A program made the position numbers and the translations under genes. A stretch of 64,000 bases of DNA from the human T2T-CHM13v2.0 reference genome, Homo sapiens. Shown here piece after piece: positions 17,101-36,860 of this stretch (the first letter of the stretch is position 1; every line of letters starts with the position of its first letter). The notes beneath the pieces were generated by a model. It was given only the letters and a program-made list of their open reading frames with translations, had not been told where the DNA came from and made no database searches. The stretch lies in NCBI RefSeq assembly GCF_009914755.1, contig NC_060931.1; one strand, given 5' to 3'.

Positions 17101-18196
17101 CATTGCCCCATCCACACTTAGTATCATTCAACTTTCTAATTCTTCCCTATTTCACTGTTGTTTCAATTTGCATTTCTTTGATTATTAATGAGTTTAAACA
17201 TTTCTTCATATTTATCAACTTTTGGTTCCTTATTTAAATGCTGATTCATATCTTTTGCCTATTATTTTAATGAAGTTGCTGACATTTTCTTGTGAATTTG
17301 CAAGATTTTGTTATATATTCTAGATATCAACCCATAGTCAGCTTTAAATGGTATGAATAATTTTCTTTAATTCTATTAGCTGTCCATTAATTTTTTCCCT
17401 GGATAGAAAGCTTTTGTGTGTGCGTGTGTGCCTCCACCAAGATTTTTTAAATTAACTATTTTAAATTCAGTGACATTTAGTTCATTTGCAGCATTGTGCA
17501 ACCACCGCATCTATCTAGTTTTGAAACATTTTCTTCACTCTAAAGTAAAACCTTTTGCACATTAAACAGTTTCTCCTCTTTCTCTCTAACCTGCCAGTAC
17601 CTGGCAGCCACCAATCTGTGTTCTATCTTTATGAATTTATCTATTCTGGATATTTCATACAAATGGAATCATACAATATGTGATCTTTGGTGTCTGGCTT
17701 CTTTCACTTAGCTAATGTTTTAGAGGTTCATCCATGTTATAGCATGTATTAGGTACGGTACTTCATCCTTTTTTTTAATCACTGAAAAATATGCTTATGA
17801 ATATACTGCAATTTGTTTATCCACTCTTCCACTGATAGACATTTGGGCTGTTTCCACCTTTTGACTATTATCAATAGTGCTGTTATGAACATGTGTGTAC
17901 ATGTACTTATTTGAGTGCCTGTTTTTATTATTTGCAGCATATAGTGCTAGCATTTACCTAGGAGTGTAAATGCTAGATCGTATGGCTAACCATTTTACAT
18001 TCCCACTAGCAATGTATGAGGTTCCAATTTCTCCACATCCTTGCAAACATTTATTTTCTGGTGGTTTTTTGTTGTTGTTGTTGTTGTTGTTGTTTTTGTT
18101 TTTGTTTTTCACTTGTAGTCATCCCAGTGGGTGTGAAGTATTACCTCGGTGTTGGAAAGCTTTTTTGATGTAAATAGGTTAATTAATGTTTTGACT

Positions 18197-20176
<1,980 letters not shown>

Positions 20177-22001
20177 TAAAAGTCTGTCTGTGCTCCTAGC
20201 ATATAAAAGTTTTCTCTGTTTTTTGCTTCTATTGACATATTTTTTCACATTTAAGTCTTTAACCTGTTTAGAATCTCCCTTCGTATTTGATGTTAGTTAA
20301 GGATCTAGTTTGCATTTCTCAACAAAATGATGATATTAGGTAATAATCTGGTTACTATTGCTCCACACAGCCAATTTCATCAACACCATGTACTGAAAAA
20401 ACATTTAATTTGTCAATGGATTTTTCATGCCTTCTTTAATATATGTTAAATTCTGATACATAAGTGGTTGTTTCTAAATTATTCTATTCCACTGGTCTGT
20501 TAGTTCTTGACCTCAAACCTGCTAAAATCACATGTTAATTCTGTTAATATCAGGCAGGGCAAATTTCAATATACTCTTCTTTTTTTTTAAGGTTTAATGT
20601 TTTTAAAGTTGACTTTTATTCACATTTAAGCATCAGTTTTTAGAACATGTGGAAAAAGTATTGAAAATATAAGAATATCTAATAAAAATAAAAAAACAAA
20701 CAAAAAACAGTAAGTTTATCATCTTCCTTGAAAGGTCCAGCTGTAATTAATTTTGAGTTGGATTACATTAAAATTATATATTAATTTAGAAAAAATATTA
20801 TTATAAAATTGTACCATACAAAAGCATAATTTTTTTCTATTTAGATCTTTTTCATATTCTTTATTAAAGTTTTCTTCAAAATAAGTTTGTACCATCAAGT
20901 TGCACCATTTAAGAGCATAAAATTTTTTTAGATATATTTTATATCCTTTATTGGAGTTTTTAATTTTTCTTCATAGACATCATATGCATTTGGGATCAAA
21001 TTTATTTCTAGCTATTTTATGGTTTTTGTTGCTAATGTGAATAGTGTTTTATGTTTATTACATCTTCTACGTGGTTTTTACTGGTTTAGTTCTAACAGTT
21101 TGAACTAAAACTTGAATCTGTTGGTTTTTCTAGTTCAATGGTCATATCATCTACAGATAAAGACAGTTTTTATCTCTTCCCTTCCACTCCCTTTGGCCAC
21201 TTCTATCTTTTTTCTTTTCTTATAAATTTGTCTAGGACCTTGAGTATAAACAACAGCAGAGATGGGGCCATCCTTGTCTTGCTCCTGATTTAAAGTTTTT
21301 CCATTAATTATGTTTGCCATTGGTTTTTGATATAAAACTTTATCAAGTCGAAGAATTTTCTTCTATTCTTAATTTTCTGAAAGTATTTAAAATTATAAAT
21401 AAGTCTTGAAACATAATATTTTTGCTGCCTACTACTACTTACTACTAGTGTAAATTCTTTTTCTGCATTTTTTCTTTAATCAATCCATGAGGTAAATTTT
21501 GTTGATGGATTTTCCTGTATATACTTCAACATATCAGATTTTGTATTATACCTCAATATCTCAATTTCTGAGAAAAATTTTAATTGATTGTGATGTATTA
21601 TTTTAAATTTCTCTATTAGATTCAAGGAGCTATTTTTAATTTTATTTAAATTTATGTTTATAAATGAAATGAGCCTATACTTTACCCACCCTTTTTAAAA
21701 AATGACCTCATAAAATTAGGTTTCATATGCAGGATGGAAATTAACTGTTCTTTGAAATTTTGGTAGAAATAAGCCATGAATAACATGTGGATTTGTGGGT
21801 TTAGGAGGAGAGGGCAAAGCATGGTCATTTTTAAGTGTGTAACATTTTTTCATCTCTTCAAGGTTTCTATTTCTTCTGCTGCTAATATTGACTTTTATAT
21901 ATTTCTAGGAATTAATAAATGCACAAACCATTTATAATACTTCAAAAAACTTTTATGTCTCTAGTTATTTTCCCCTTTTTTGTTCTGTATCTTTTATGTA
22001 T

Positions 22002-22352
<351 letters not shown>

Positions 22353-23144
22353 TAATGCTTTCAAATAAGCAGCTTTTGGTTTTGTCCTCTAACTCATTGA
22401 TTTCTGACCCTGTCTTTACTATTTTTTCCCTTCTTATTTTTTGGGTTTACTCTATCACTCTTATGTCAACTTCTTGAATTTTCTTCTTAGCTTATGTATT
22501 TTTTTTCCCTACTATCCACCTCCAAGAGAGATCACTATTCCTGACTTCAAACAGCATAGATTAGTTTTGTCTGGTTTTGTATTTTATATAAACAGTGTCA
22601 TAAAGTATGTATTCTTTTGTGTCTGGTTTGTTTTGCTCAACCTTATGTTTGGGAAAATCATTCATATTTTGTATATAGTTGTATGCCCTCCATTGACATT
22701 GCTTTAGAGTATTCTATTGCGAGAATATAGCACAACCTATTTATCCATTCTACTGTTGATTAGGCATTTAGATAGTTTCTAGTCTGGAACAATTACAGAA
22801 TGTGCTGCTAAGAACATTCAAGTTCTTTTTGGGAACACATGTACTCATTTCTATTGGGTACATATCCAAGAGGGGGAATTCCTGGTAATGTATATGTTAG
22901 GCTTTAGTGAATACTGCCAAACAATTTTCCTTAGTGGTTGTACCATTTATACTCTCATCACTATGGACGAGAGTTCCCGTTGCTCCACATTTTGGTGTTT
23001 TCTGCCTGTTTCATGTTAGTTATTCTGGTGAGTTTGTAGTAGCGTCTGGTTGTGTTTATTGGCATTTCCTTGATAACTAATGAAATTGACCAACTTTTTT
23101 CATTTGTTTGTTTCTTGCCCACATTGATGAAACTACTTCAGCTC

Positions 23145-24575
<1,431 letters not shown>

Positions 24576-24782
24576 CAGGAGAGAGGAGATAAATATCTGA
24601 ATGTCTAATGTAATTATCTTAGAGAAAAATCTCAACTCTTACGTATAAAATGAAATATTTTTCCTAGTGACTGCTATTGTCTGTTTTCTTTTGAAACTCC
24701 CTTTTCTAGCAATTCAATAATTTTCAGTAACTTTCAACTATTAGAATGGTCATTTTCAGTTTTTACAACTTCTTGCTGTTAA

Positions 24783-25084
<302 letters not shown>

Positions 25085-25443
25085 TAATTTTAAGGTCTCC
25101 CCCAGTAAGCCCCTTATTCACCCTAGTTTTTATTGGCTTAGAGTCTGGCTCTCACTCGTCTCCTCTGGCACATACCCTTCTGATGATGGAGTGGAGAAGA
25201 GGGATAGCAAAGGTAAAAACCTTCTTATGGGATTGCTCACGGAGAGATTAAGGTCATCTCTTTGGCTCATTGTCTATGGGCATGGTGTGGACAAATTGCT
25301 AGTTTCAACAAGCTCCGCAGTAGACTCACTCACAAGCAATTCTCCCCCTTGGCTAACTTTCACCTGGGGGCCTCATGTTCCATTTCCCTTATGTGTGTAC
25401 ATCTTTGCCCCACTGTGGCAGTCTCAGCAAGACTGTGGCTCCT

Positions 25444-25710
25444 GGACAGGCATGATGGCTCACAACTGTAATCCCAACACGTTGGAAAGCCATGGTGGAG
25501 GAATAGCTTGAGCCAGGAGTTCAAGACCAGTCTGGGCAACATAGTAAGACCCCATATCTACAAAAAAATTTAAAAATTAGCTGGGCACAGTGGTGCATGC
25601 CTATACTCCCAGCTACTTGGGAGCCTGAGGTGGGAGGATCACTAAGCCCATGAATTTGAGGCTGCAGTGAACTATGAAGGCACCCCACTGCCTGGGTGAC
25701 AGGCAGAGAT
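25444..25710 (+). mobile_element. AluJ
   Basis: ggacaggcatgatggctcac...cttgagccaggagttcaagaccagtctgggcaac. Confidence 0.87.
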
Positions 25711-26136
25711 CCTGTGGCCCCCATTGCCATTCACCCTCTGCAACTAATTCTTGGGTACCCAGGCTTTTGGAGAACCCACATACCGTTTCTCCCAGAAACC
25801 GGGAACTTGGTGAGGGAGTCATCTCGGCTGTCTGTCGTCTTTGTTAGCCTTGCCACATAATTTCTTCTCCATAATTTTCTCCTGATCTCAAAGCACAGGG
25901 GCAGGTCCCCCAGTTGTCCTTTGGCTAAGAAGACCTTCCCTTGGAGTGCCAACTGCCAGCATCCCTTACAGGGCATTGGTAGGAATCTTCAGGAAAATCA
26001 CTCTGTCAGGAATTACTATATTAACAATGAGTCTTTCTCTTTTTGGTCAAGAGGCAGTCTCCCAAATTAATTGAAACCTGTTAAGTCTCAGTTTATGAGA
26101 AAATAATAAATGCAATCTCTCTTTAAAAACAGGGCT

Positions 26137-26452
<316 letters not shown>

Positions 26453-27270
26453 TAAAAACAGGGCCAAATGGCCAGGTCTGGGATCATATAGGCATGTGCT
26501 CCTCCCTGATAAGCCTGAGTTGGAATCTCTTGGCTCACTGTCTACTGACACGCAGCTCAATGTCATTCTGTTATGCTTTAGCCTTGTTGCGAAGCCTTTT
26601 TCCTGTTTGGCTTTTGGAAGCATAGACAACCTGGAAATCTCAACTGTATACCTCTGGGGAACAAGCCCAACTCTGGAAAACAATCCAGGAAGGCATTTTA
26701 GCATCTGGCTTTATTTTATGCCAAGACTCAAAGTGATGTGTTATGCCTGAAAAATCATTTAACCCAATCCCAACACATTATTCTGCTTAAATCAACACCT
26801 GACAGGTAACAGAAGGGCTTCATTTCTATTCTTTCCCTAGTGATTTCACTGTAGGGACGTTGCTTATGCCCTGGCCCGAATGACTAATTTCAAACCTGTT
26901 CCCTCTATCTTCTGTACCAAGCATTTACAATTGGACACCTGGAACTGACTTCTCCAAAATGATTTACTGCATTCTAAATTAGATGGGATGCCAAGCAACA
27001 AAATCTTTGACCTGGTGTTCATGACCTGCTGCAATGCCTCCAGACACTGCCTCGCAGGTAACTTTCTGAGGTCTCTCTCTGAGCCCACTAAGGGTTACCC
27101 AATATCTTTCAGGCTAGCCTAGTTTAGAGAGTCTCATCCCCACAAATAAGAGCATGGCTGGATATTTGTCAACTGGGACCCATCAGTCTGTCTCAGGATT
27201 GCAATAAGACTCTGGGGAACTTACAAAAGTCTGTGGGTGAGTGCTCTCTTTCTGGCTAAGTCTATTTTGA

Positions 27271-27608
<338 letters not shown>

Positions 27609-28389
27609 TAATAAGGGTTCTGTTATTACTATTAATCTCTTATTCTTAATTTTGAAGATTGCCCAGTACAATTGGAGATAGTGATGGTACACAGATATTG
27701 ATGTAACTTGCCTCTGTTAAAAAATTTTTTTTGGCTCTGTTAAAATTTTAAAGTTGATTACTCTCAAATGATTCAGGAATAAAAGTGTATGTTTGTGTAT
27801 ATAAATTATATTTGTGTTTGTGTATATACACACATACGCACACATGCTACATACAGAAAGAAAGAGATGGATAAAGCAAATATGGTAAATGCTTAAAATT
27901 TGGGAATCATTGTGAAAGGTATGTGGGAATTCTGTGTATTATTATTGCAATGTCTGTGTCAGTCTAAAATTATGTCAAAATAAAAAGTTCAAAAATATAC
28001 AAATACACAATGTATGATCAAGAAATTTTAAAAACAAATCCCTAGTATTAGCAGTGATTATTGCTAGAATATGGGTTCACATTATTTTCTCCTTTTGGTT
28101 TATCTATATTTATAAATGTTCTACAATGGAAATGTATTGCTTTTTCTCAGTACTAAGGACAAAGGAGCATAACAATTGTGTTACGATTGGTAAAAGGCAA
28201 TATTTTTCAAAGTTGATCTTGTTGGCATGCTAACCACGTGATAGTTACTGCTCTTCTTGGGAATGTAACTTAGACACAGGGTTCTGTAATGTGTGGTCTA
28301 GAGCTCCAGTTTTGAGTGTATAGAAAACATTTTGTTCTGTGATCAAAACAAGTTAAAAAAAAAAAGACCACTGTCATTCCTTCACCTCC

Positions 28390-28822
28390 AGCCTTCCACA
28401 ATTATTGATATTTTGCTGGCTGTCTTCTTATACTTCTCCAGATCCACTTACCACCTTCCTCTCCTCTTCTTCCTCAGAAGTCTGACCTAGTCAAATGCTC
28501 TCTTGTTCTCTGGCTTTCATGGGGTTTGGCCAATGGTGAACAAGTAGTAAAAGATCCATGGGAGGGAGGAGACTGAGATCTGGGTAATTTTTTTCTTGAT
28601 TCCACCCTTGCAGTCTTCCTATAGTTGGCTTTATCCCTTAACTGAGGAAACTGCACCTGTCAGGCGACCCTCTCCACGCAGCTCTCTCCTTCAAGTTAAG
28701 AATGGTAATGACACTCCAAGTTACTAGCTGTAGGATACAGAACTATCCCTTGCTTAATCTCTGCTCACATCTTTGAAGATAGTGCCTTTATTAAACTCTC
28801 CTCCATTGACTCAGTTTGAGTG
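28390..28822 (+). mobile_element. LTR16-like ERVL LTR
   Basis: ggggtttggccaatgg...ggagggaggagactgag...cctttattaaactctcc...cagtttgagtg. Confidence 0.65.
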
Positions 28823-29239
28823 GGAAGGTGATTCTGGATGTGATTAACGTTTGAATTGGTAGAGTGAATAAAGCAGTTTGCCCTCTGCAACGTGGGTGGG
28901 TCTCATCCAATCAGCTGAAGGCCTGAATAGAATTAAAACGCTGACTCTCCAGCAAGTGCAAGGGAACTCCTGCAGCCTGACAGCTTTCAAGCTGGGATAT
29001 CCATGTTGTTCCTGCCTTCAGACTTTGGGTTTCAAGACTGCCAGCCTTCAGACTGGAACCATACCATTGGCTCTTCTGGGTTTTCAGCTTGCAACCACAG
29101 ATCTTAGGACTTGTCAGTTTCCATAATGGTAAACCAATTCCTTATGATAAATCTCTTTCTGCACACACACACACACACACACATGTGCCCTATTGGTTCC
29201 TATTAGTTCCTTTTTCTCTGGAGAACCAGGACTAATACA
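28823..29239 (+). mobile_element. MLT2 (ERVL) LTR with internal (CA)n
   Basis: gggtgggtctcatccaatcagctgaaggcctgaatagaa...ctggagaaccaggactaataca. Confidence 0.85.
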
Positions 29240-29796
29240 CTGGCCCTGGAAGTCTCTTTCTCTGGGTTCAATACTGATTTTCCCTCCCAGACAGTGCCTG
29301 CCCTTCATACCATCAGAGTTGTGAAGTCTCATTTCATTACGTGCCATGATGTCTGTACCTTCCCTCTAGTAACCAGGATTTCATTTCCCTGCTGCCTATA
29401 TTCAGCGTTAGGCCAGTAGCAAGGGTATCCAGTGAACTTCTCGTTGACCCCTCTAGCATCCAGCATTGTTCATGGTCTAAGGGTTTGCTCAGTCACACCA
29501 GCTTCCTGGCCCACTGGGTGGTGCCTCTTGTCCATACAGTGGAGACCCATCTGGCTACCTGCTTTTTGGCTTGGTTTCTTCCAGCATTCTTCTGCACATC
29601 AATCCACGTCAAAGGGGGAATTTGAGCTCTGTTTTTGTGACTCCTGCCTGTCACTGTGCCCCCTCAGATTCTGAAGCTAAGTAACCTCCAAACCTTCCTG
29701 GTAAGAGCGTTCATAACTTTCACTGTCAAAAACACCATGCCTAGTCACCTTTGGCGTGCATTGATTGGCCTAAAGAATTTTACTTTTTCCCCTTGC

Positions 29797-30555
<759 letters not shown>

Positions 30556-31149
30556 ACATTCTTACAGAGAAAGTATCTTCAAGAGAAATAATGTTTCTTA
30601 CAAACCTTAACGAGTCAAAGATCATCGTGTGTCAATCAGCAATTAGAAAGTAATAAATGTCAGCTCTAAGAGTCTGAAATATGGCCCCCAAAGCAGGAGG
30701 TTCTTACTAAAGGTCAAGGCAGCACTGACTGGCTGTCAGAGGCAGGGACAGCTACTTACAATTTAAGATTAGCAAGCCCCTAAAAATAAGGAAAGTATTT
30801 TCTCTTCCTTCCCATCCTCCTGTTCCTTATTTGTTTAGGAGAGTGTGGGTAGGGAAAAGATAATGTTGTCTGATATTTGTAGCAATGATTGGTATGTGCA
30901 ATTTCAAAGAGAGGCCAGATGCTAATGTTTGTAATAACCAAATAGCAGGCATGTCACCTGTTTGATTTGCCAATTTTAATAAGTCCTGTGCTTTAATTTG
31001 TAAGGGTAATTTGAGTAATTATAAATATGTAAAAATAGACTCATTAAACATTCTGGGGAATCAAAGGGCTGAATCTCTGCCCCTACTTATTTATGATATA
31101 TTCATATTTTTTCAATGGGTCAGTAGTTTACTATGATATATGGGAGCCC

Positions 31150-31213
31150 AAAGCTTGGGGGGTAGACACTCCCGTTTTCCAACTGGTAGACACTAGTCTA
31201 CCCCCCAAGCTTT
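31150..31213. repeat. Perfect 18-bp inverted repeat with 28-nt spacer
   Basis: aaagcttggggggtagac (31150-31167) / gtctaccccccaagcttt (31196-31213). Confidence 0.97.
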
Positions 31214-31264
31214 AAAAGTAAACAACTACTTCAGGATGGCACATGCCACTGAAAGGTCAGTAGG

Positions 31265-31939
31265 GTGCTATGGCAGATTCTCTCAATTTTCTACCAAAAA
31301 TATATATCCTCCCTTTATTCTCTGCAAAGCAAACCTCAGTTTTCTACAGGGAGGCATCAGGATATGGACCACAATGAGATTAAGTTCATTACAACAATCC
31401 TTTAAGCATTTTCCCATACTTTCTTGCAGCTAGAGATGGTTATGTGAACCAGTACTGGCCCTTGAGAAGTGAAAGAAAATGCCACTCATCACTTGGAATG
31501 GGTAGGAACAATTCTGGAAAGCTTTTGCTTTCTGAGTAAAATGGAGAGATGCCAGTGGTTCCAGCTTACTTTCTATTTTTTTTTTTTGAGATGGGGTCTT
31601 GCTATGTTGCCCAGGCTTGTCTCAAACTCCTGGGCCCAAGTGACCCTCCCACCCCAGCTTCCCAAGTAGCTGGGATTACTTGTGCACTGTGGCTCAAATT
31701 ATACCTTACCTTTCTTCCTGCTTTAAACATGAGTAAGATGCCTAGAGCTGGCCCTATTGTTCTGTGGCCACGATATGGCAGAATAAGAGATGCTGAACCT
31801 GCCAGTATAGAGTGAACTGAACAAATCACAGCAGCACTTTCCTCCAAATTTCTTGTTATATAAGAAAAATAAAACTCTATTTGTTAAGTTACTGTAGGGT
31901 TTTCTGTTGCTTCCAGCCAAAGCAATTGTATCTAATACA
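31265..31939 (+). mobile_element. MLT1-type MaLR LTR containing an Alu monomer (31577-31695, minus)
   Basis: 3' end ttgttaagttactgtagggttttctgttgcttccagccaaagc...ctaataca. Confidence 0.65.
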
Positions 31940-32219
31940 GGTGCTTTAGCAGAATTAAAGGATTTCAACATATGTATCTTTCTCACTAGGGAGACAGAAG
32001 CTTCTAACGTCTTCTCCCCCTAGGATCCAGATCCTACGTTGGCTCTGTGAGATGGCCAAGGATACTCTAAATACTAATAGGACCTAGACAGGGGACTACA
32101 CTCTCTCTTTTATGAAGGTCAAACAGTTTTAAGTATAAAATGCTAGCATACAATAATAATCACACTCCAGTTTCCAACTGGGAGATAAAAAGACTGGCCT
32201 CTATCCTTAGAACCCAATT

Positions 32220-32581
<362 letters not shown>

Positions 32582-33228
32582 TGAGGACCATGGAAAATCT
32601 GTATGGGACTAAGGATGCTGGATTCTCCCTTCCCCTACAGCAACCATTCCTAGTAAAATTTGATCTGTGATCTGTGCTAAGAGTGCCCTGGGGACAGGTG
32701 CATTAGGGTGGTGCCTCTCAGAGAGGCAGTTAGTACAGCAGCATAGTCTGGGCACATACTCAGTAGCTTGGTGGTCCAGAAAGAAGAGAACAACTTTTGC
32801 CCTAGGTGACCACAGTAACTGCAACCTCATCCTGCAGTTATTTGTTTAACAAAACTAAGGAAGGTAGAGAAAGTCTTCAATAAGGTTTTCTGGGCTTCTT
32901 GGAGCCAAACTGCCCAACCAATGGTACTAAATGGAACTAAGGCATGATTTTCCTTCACTCTCATATAGTATATTTTCCTAAGTATACTCAAGGGATTAAA
33001 GGGACCTGCACAAAATTAAGATGTGAGATGGAAATCTGAATGACTGAGGACTGTGAGTCCAGTATTCTGGGCAATATCAGGAGAGTTGACGTACTGCTCC
33101 CAAGTCAGTAAGTGTCTTGTACCTTGTGTCTCCGGCAAAGTATAAAGAGGAGATGCTGAGGCCCTTTAATCTTACACATCTGCACAACCCACTGTGAGGG
33201 GCTAAGGAGGTATCTCATAAATATCCCT

Positions 33229-33328
33229 TGGAGGCTGAGGCAGGAGGATTGCTTGAGCCCAGGAGGTTGAGGGTGCAGGAATCCGTGATTGTACCACTGC
33301 ACTCCAGCCTGGGTGACAGAGCGATACT
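33229..33328 (+). mobile_element. Alu right-arm fragment
   Basis: ggaggctgaggcaggaggattgcttgagccc...gtgacagagcga. Confidence 0.88.
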
Positions 33329-33395
33329 CTCTTTTCTCTCCCTGTCTCTCTCTCTCTGTCTCTCTTTCTGTCTCTCTCTCTATATATATATTTTT

Positions 33396-33442
<47 letters not shown>
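33329..33442. repeat. Compound (CT)n(TA)n(TATC)~11 STR
   Basis: Direct reading. Confidence 0.95.
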
Positions 33443-33443
<1 letters not shown>

Positions 33444-34609
33444 GAGATATCTGAATAGATATATATGCCTTGAGATTATCACTATGCCCTTGTGTCAATG
33501 ATCTAAAACCCATTAAGCTAACTATAATCTGTGAAAAGTGTTTTGCTTTATCTATACAAATACCTGGGAAGATGGGAGGGTAGATTTTCTGGGACTTTAG
33601 AGCAAAAATCATCTTTGTACCACAGGAACTACATCAGGATAGGCCATGCTGAGAGCACAACCACAGTGGGCCTGTGACCAGGGTTGAATACACGTCCTGG
33701 GCATCCTGAGCAACGAGTCAAGGTCACCTGTGGCAGGACACTAATGTCACTGCAATGGAGTAAAAGAGCCAGCCTGTCTCAGTCACTCCAGTTATAAAGG
33801 AGATCAAAATGCTCCAATCACACTTGAAAATGGTGCCGGGAAAAGAGATCATGAGATATTAGCATTCTAAAGAGAATGGTGTATATGATCTGGAAATCAG
33901 AACTTAACACCTCAGAACTCTTGGTAGATGTTTTCTTTCTACTGTCCAACCTGGAAATTTCTCAGGAAAGATGAATGGCCCATCAAGGGTTTGAGACTAG
34001 AAATTGAGTGACTTAGGGGCCACTGTAACACACAGCAGGCCTTTATGGAGAAGAAATCTGAATCTCCCTCAAGTAAACAGAGGCATAAATAAATCATTGG
34101 AGCAAATGGAATGTTTGTTGTGTTGGGGGCAGCCAATTTATTGCTCAAAGAAATAGTACAATGTTACTTTTTTGTTTTGGCACAATTCTTGTGTTCTGTA
34201 TTACCTGACATGACTTTTTACCAATAAATATAATATGTGGTTGCAATTATAGGAATAACACATGTAATGTATGAATTAATTGTGTGTTAGTGGAAGAAAA
34301 AACAAAACTGAAAAGAAGCAGTATCATTAAGGTGAAGAATGTGTCTCTTTTTGACATTGCTGGCATAAAGCAGTAACCCCACTCTCAGGAGTATACCTGG
34401 TAGGAAGAAACCCTTGAGAAATGGATAGGGATCCCTAGGAAAATCCCTCTTTGTTGTGCTTCTTACCCTTTAGGCAACTATTACCTTGTAATAATATTTT
34501 GTTTTGTTACAGTGTAATAGTTAAACAACTGAGGTAGAAATTGTATGTTTCGATTGTAAGATTCAATTAGTGATTTACTTTAAGACTATCAGTGGGTCAT
34601 TCCACCATA

Positions 34610-34916
34610 TTTCTTTTCTTTTTTTTTTTTTTTTGAGACAAAGTCTCGCTCTCACCCAGGCTGGAGTGCAGTAAGTAGCATGATCTTGGCTCACAGCAAC
34701 CTCCACCTCCCAGGTTCAAGAGATTCTCCTGCCTCAGCCTCCTAAGTAGCTGGGATTACAGGTGCGTGCTATGATACGCAGCTTAATTTTTATATTTTTA
34801 GTAGAGATGGGGTTTCATCATGTTGGCCAGGCTGGTCTCAAACTCTTGACCTCAATGATCCACCCGCCTCAGCCTCCCAAAGTTCTGGGATTACAGGCAT
34901 GAGCCACCGTGTCTGT
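34610..34916 (-). mobile_element. AluS
   Basis: Full dimer. Confidence 0.92.
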
Positions 34917-35014
34917 CTTCCCCCGTATTTCTTAAAAATTTTATCTCCTGGCTTACCTTTACTCTTGCCATTACTACCCCTGCCTTAAGCTTGGTGAATG
35001 TCTCATACACATAG

Positions 35015-35333
<319 letters not shown>

Positions 35334-36396
35334 AACCTCTCAATTCTTGACCTCCTCTCCCACAAGGATCTTCTCCACCTCACCTTAACTATTCACTTCC
35401 ATGGCCATTGCTTAGATTTTATCATTATGTATAGGTGTGACCCCTGCATAATCTCAGTGCTATGATTCCCATTGTCTGATCACTTTCTCCTATCTTTCCA
35501 GTTTACTGTCTAACCCCAACAAACCTTTGGCATCCTATACTCAAAATACATACAATATTTATTTACAAAAATTACATCAGGTAATACAGAGGGCAAATAT
35601 GTGCCAAAGACAAAAAGAACATTTTTAGAGCCATAAAAAGAACATTTTAAGCCATTTCCTGAAGCAATAAACTGGCTTCCATAAAAAACACACACACCAT
35701 TCCATTTGTACCAATTTATTTTCCATTATTCTTCCCCACCTTGCTGTTCTCATTCCTCTCCATATCCAGTTTAAAGACCATGGTCTCTTATTGTAAGTAC
35801 TCCCATTCACATAACTTTGATTCCCTTGCCCCCTCTCACTTTTTGGTCAAACTAAAACTTTGGGTAATTCAACTTCTCCACCCAATCTATGTCTAAACCC
35901 ACACAGCTGAATGAGGCTGATAAGCGTGCACAGACACAGACTGACTAATCTCACATTAAATTCACAATTGCTAGCGTCAAGTGAATTATTAATGCTGCCT
36001 GGGAATCACACATAGTTCATTACTCTCCCCCTCTCCTAAATGACTCACACATTTTCCTTTCTCCTCAAACCCCCAATTAGTTCATGTCTCATTCACAAGC
36101 TCAGTTGATGACCTTATTTTCTAATTCACTGAGAAATATTACACAATCAAGAAAGAACTTCCACAGTCTCCCATCACTGCATCCACCCACTTACCTGTGT
36201 CTTTAATCTCATATTATGCCTCTCCAACTGCTTCACAGATGGAATGTCCATGCTCCTAGCTAAAATCAATCCCTCTGCTTGTGCATTAGATCCATTGCGC
36301 TTGCTGCCTTAAGGATATTGTTCCTGCAATTCTCCCCCTCTTTCTCTTGCATTAATAATTTTTACTCCCTCTTGGATCATTTTTATTAGCAAATAA

Positions 36397-36860
<464 letters not shown>

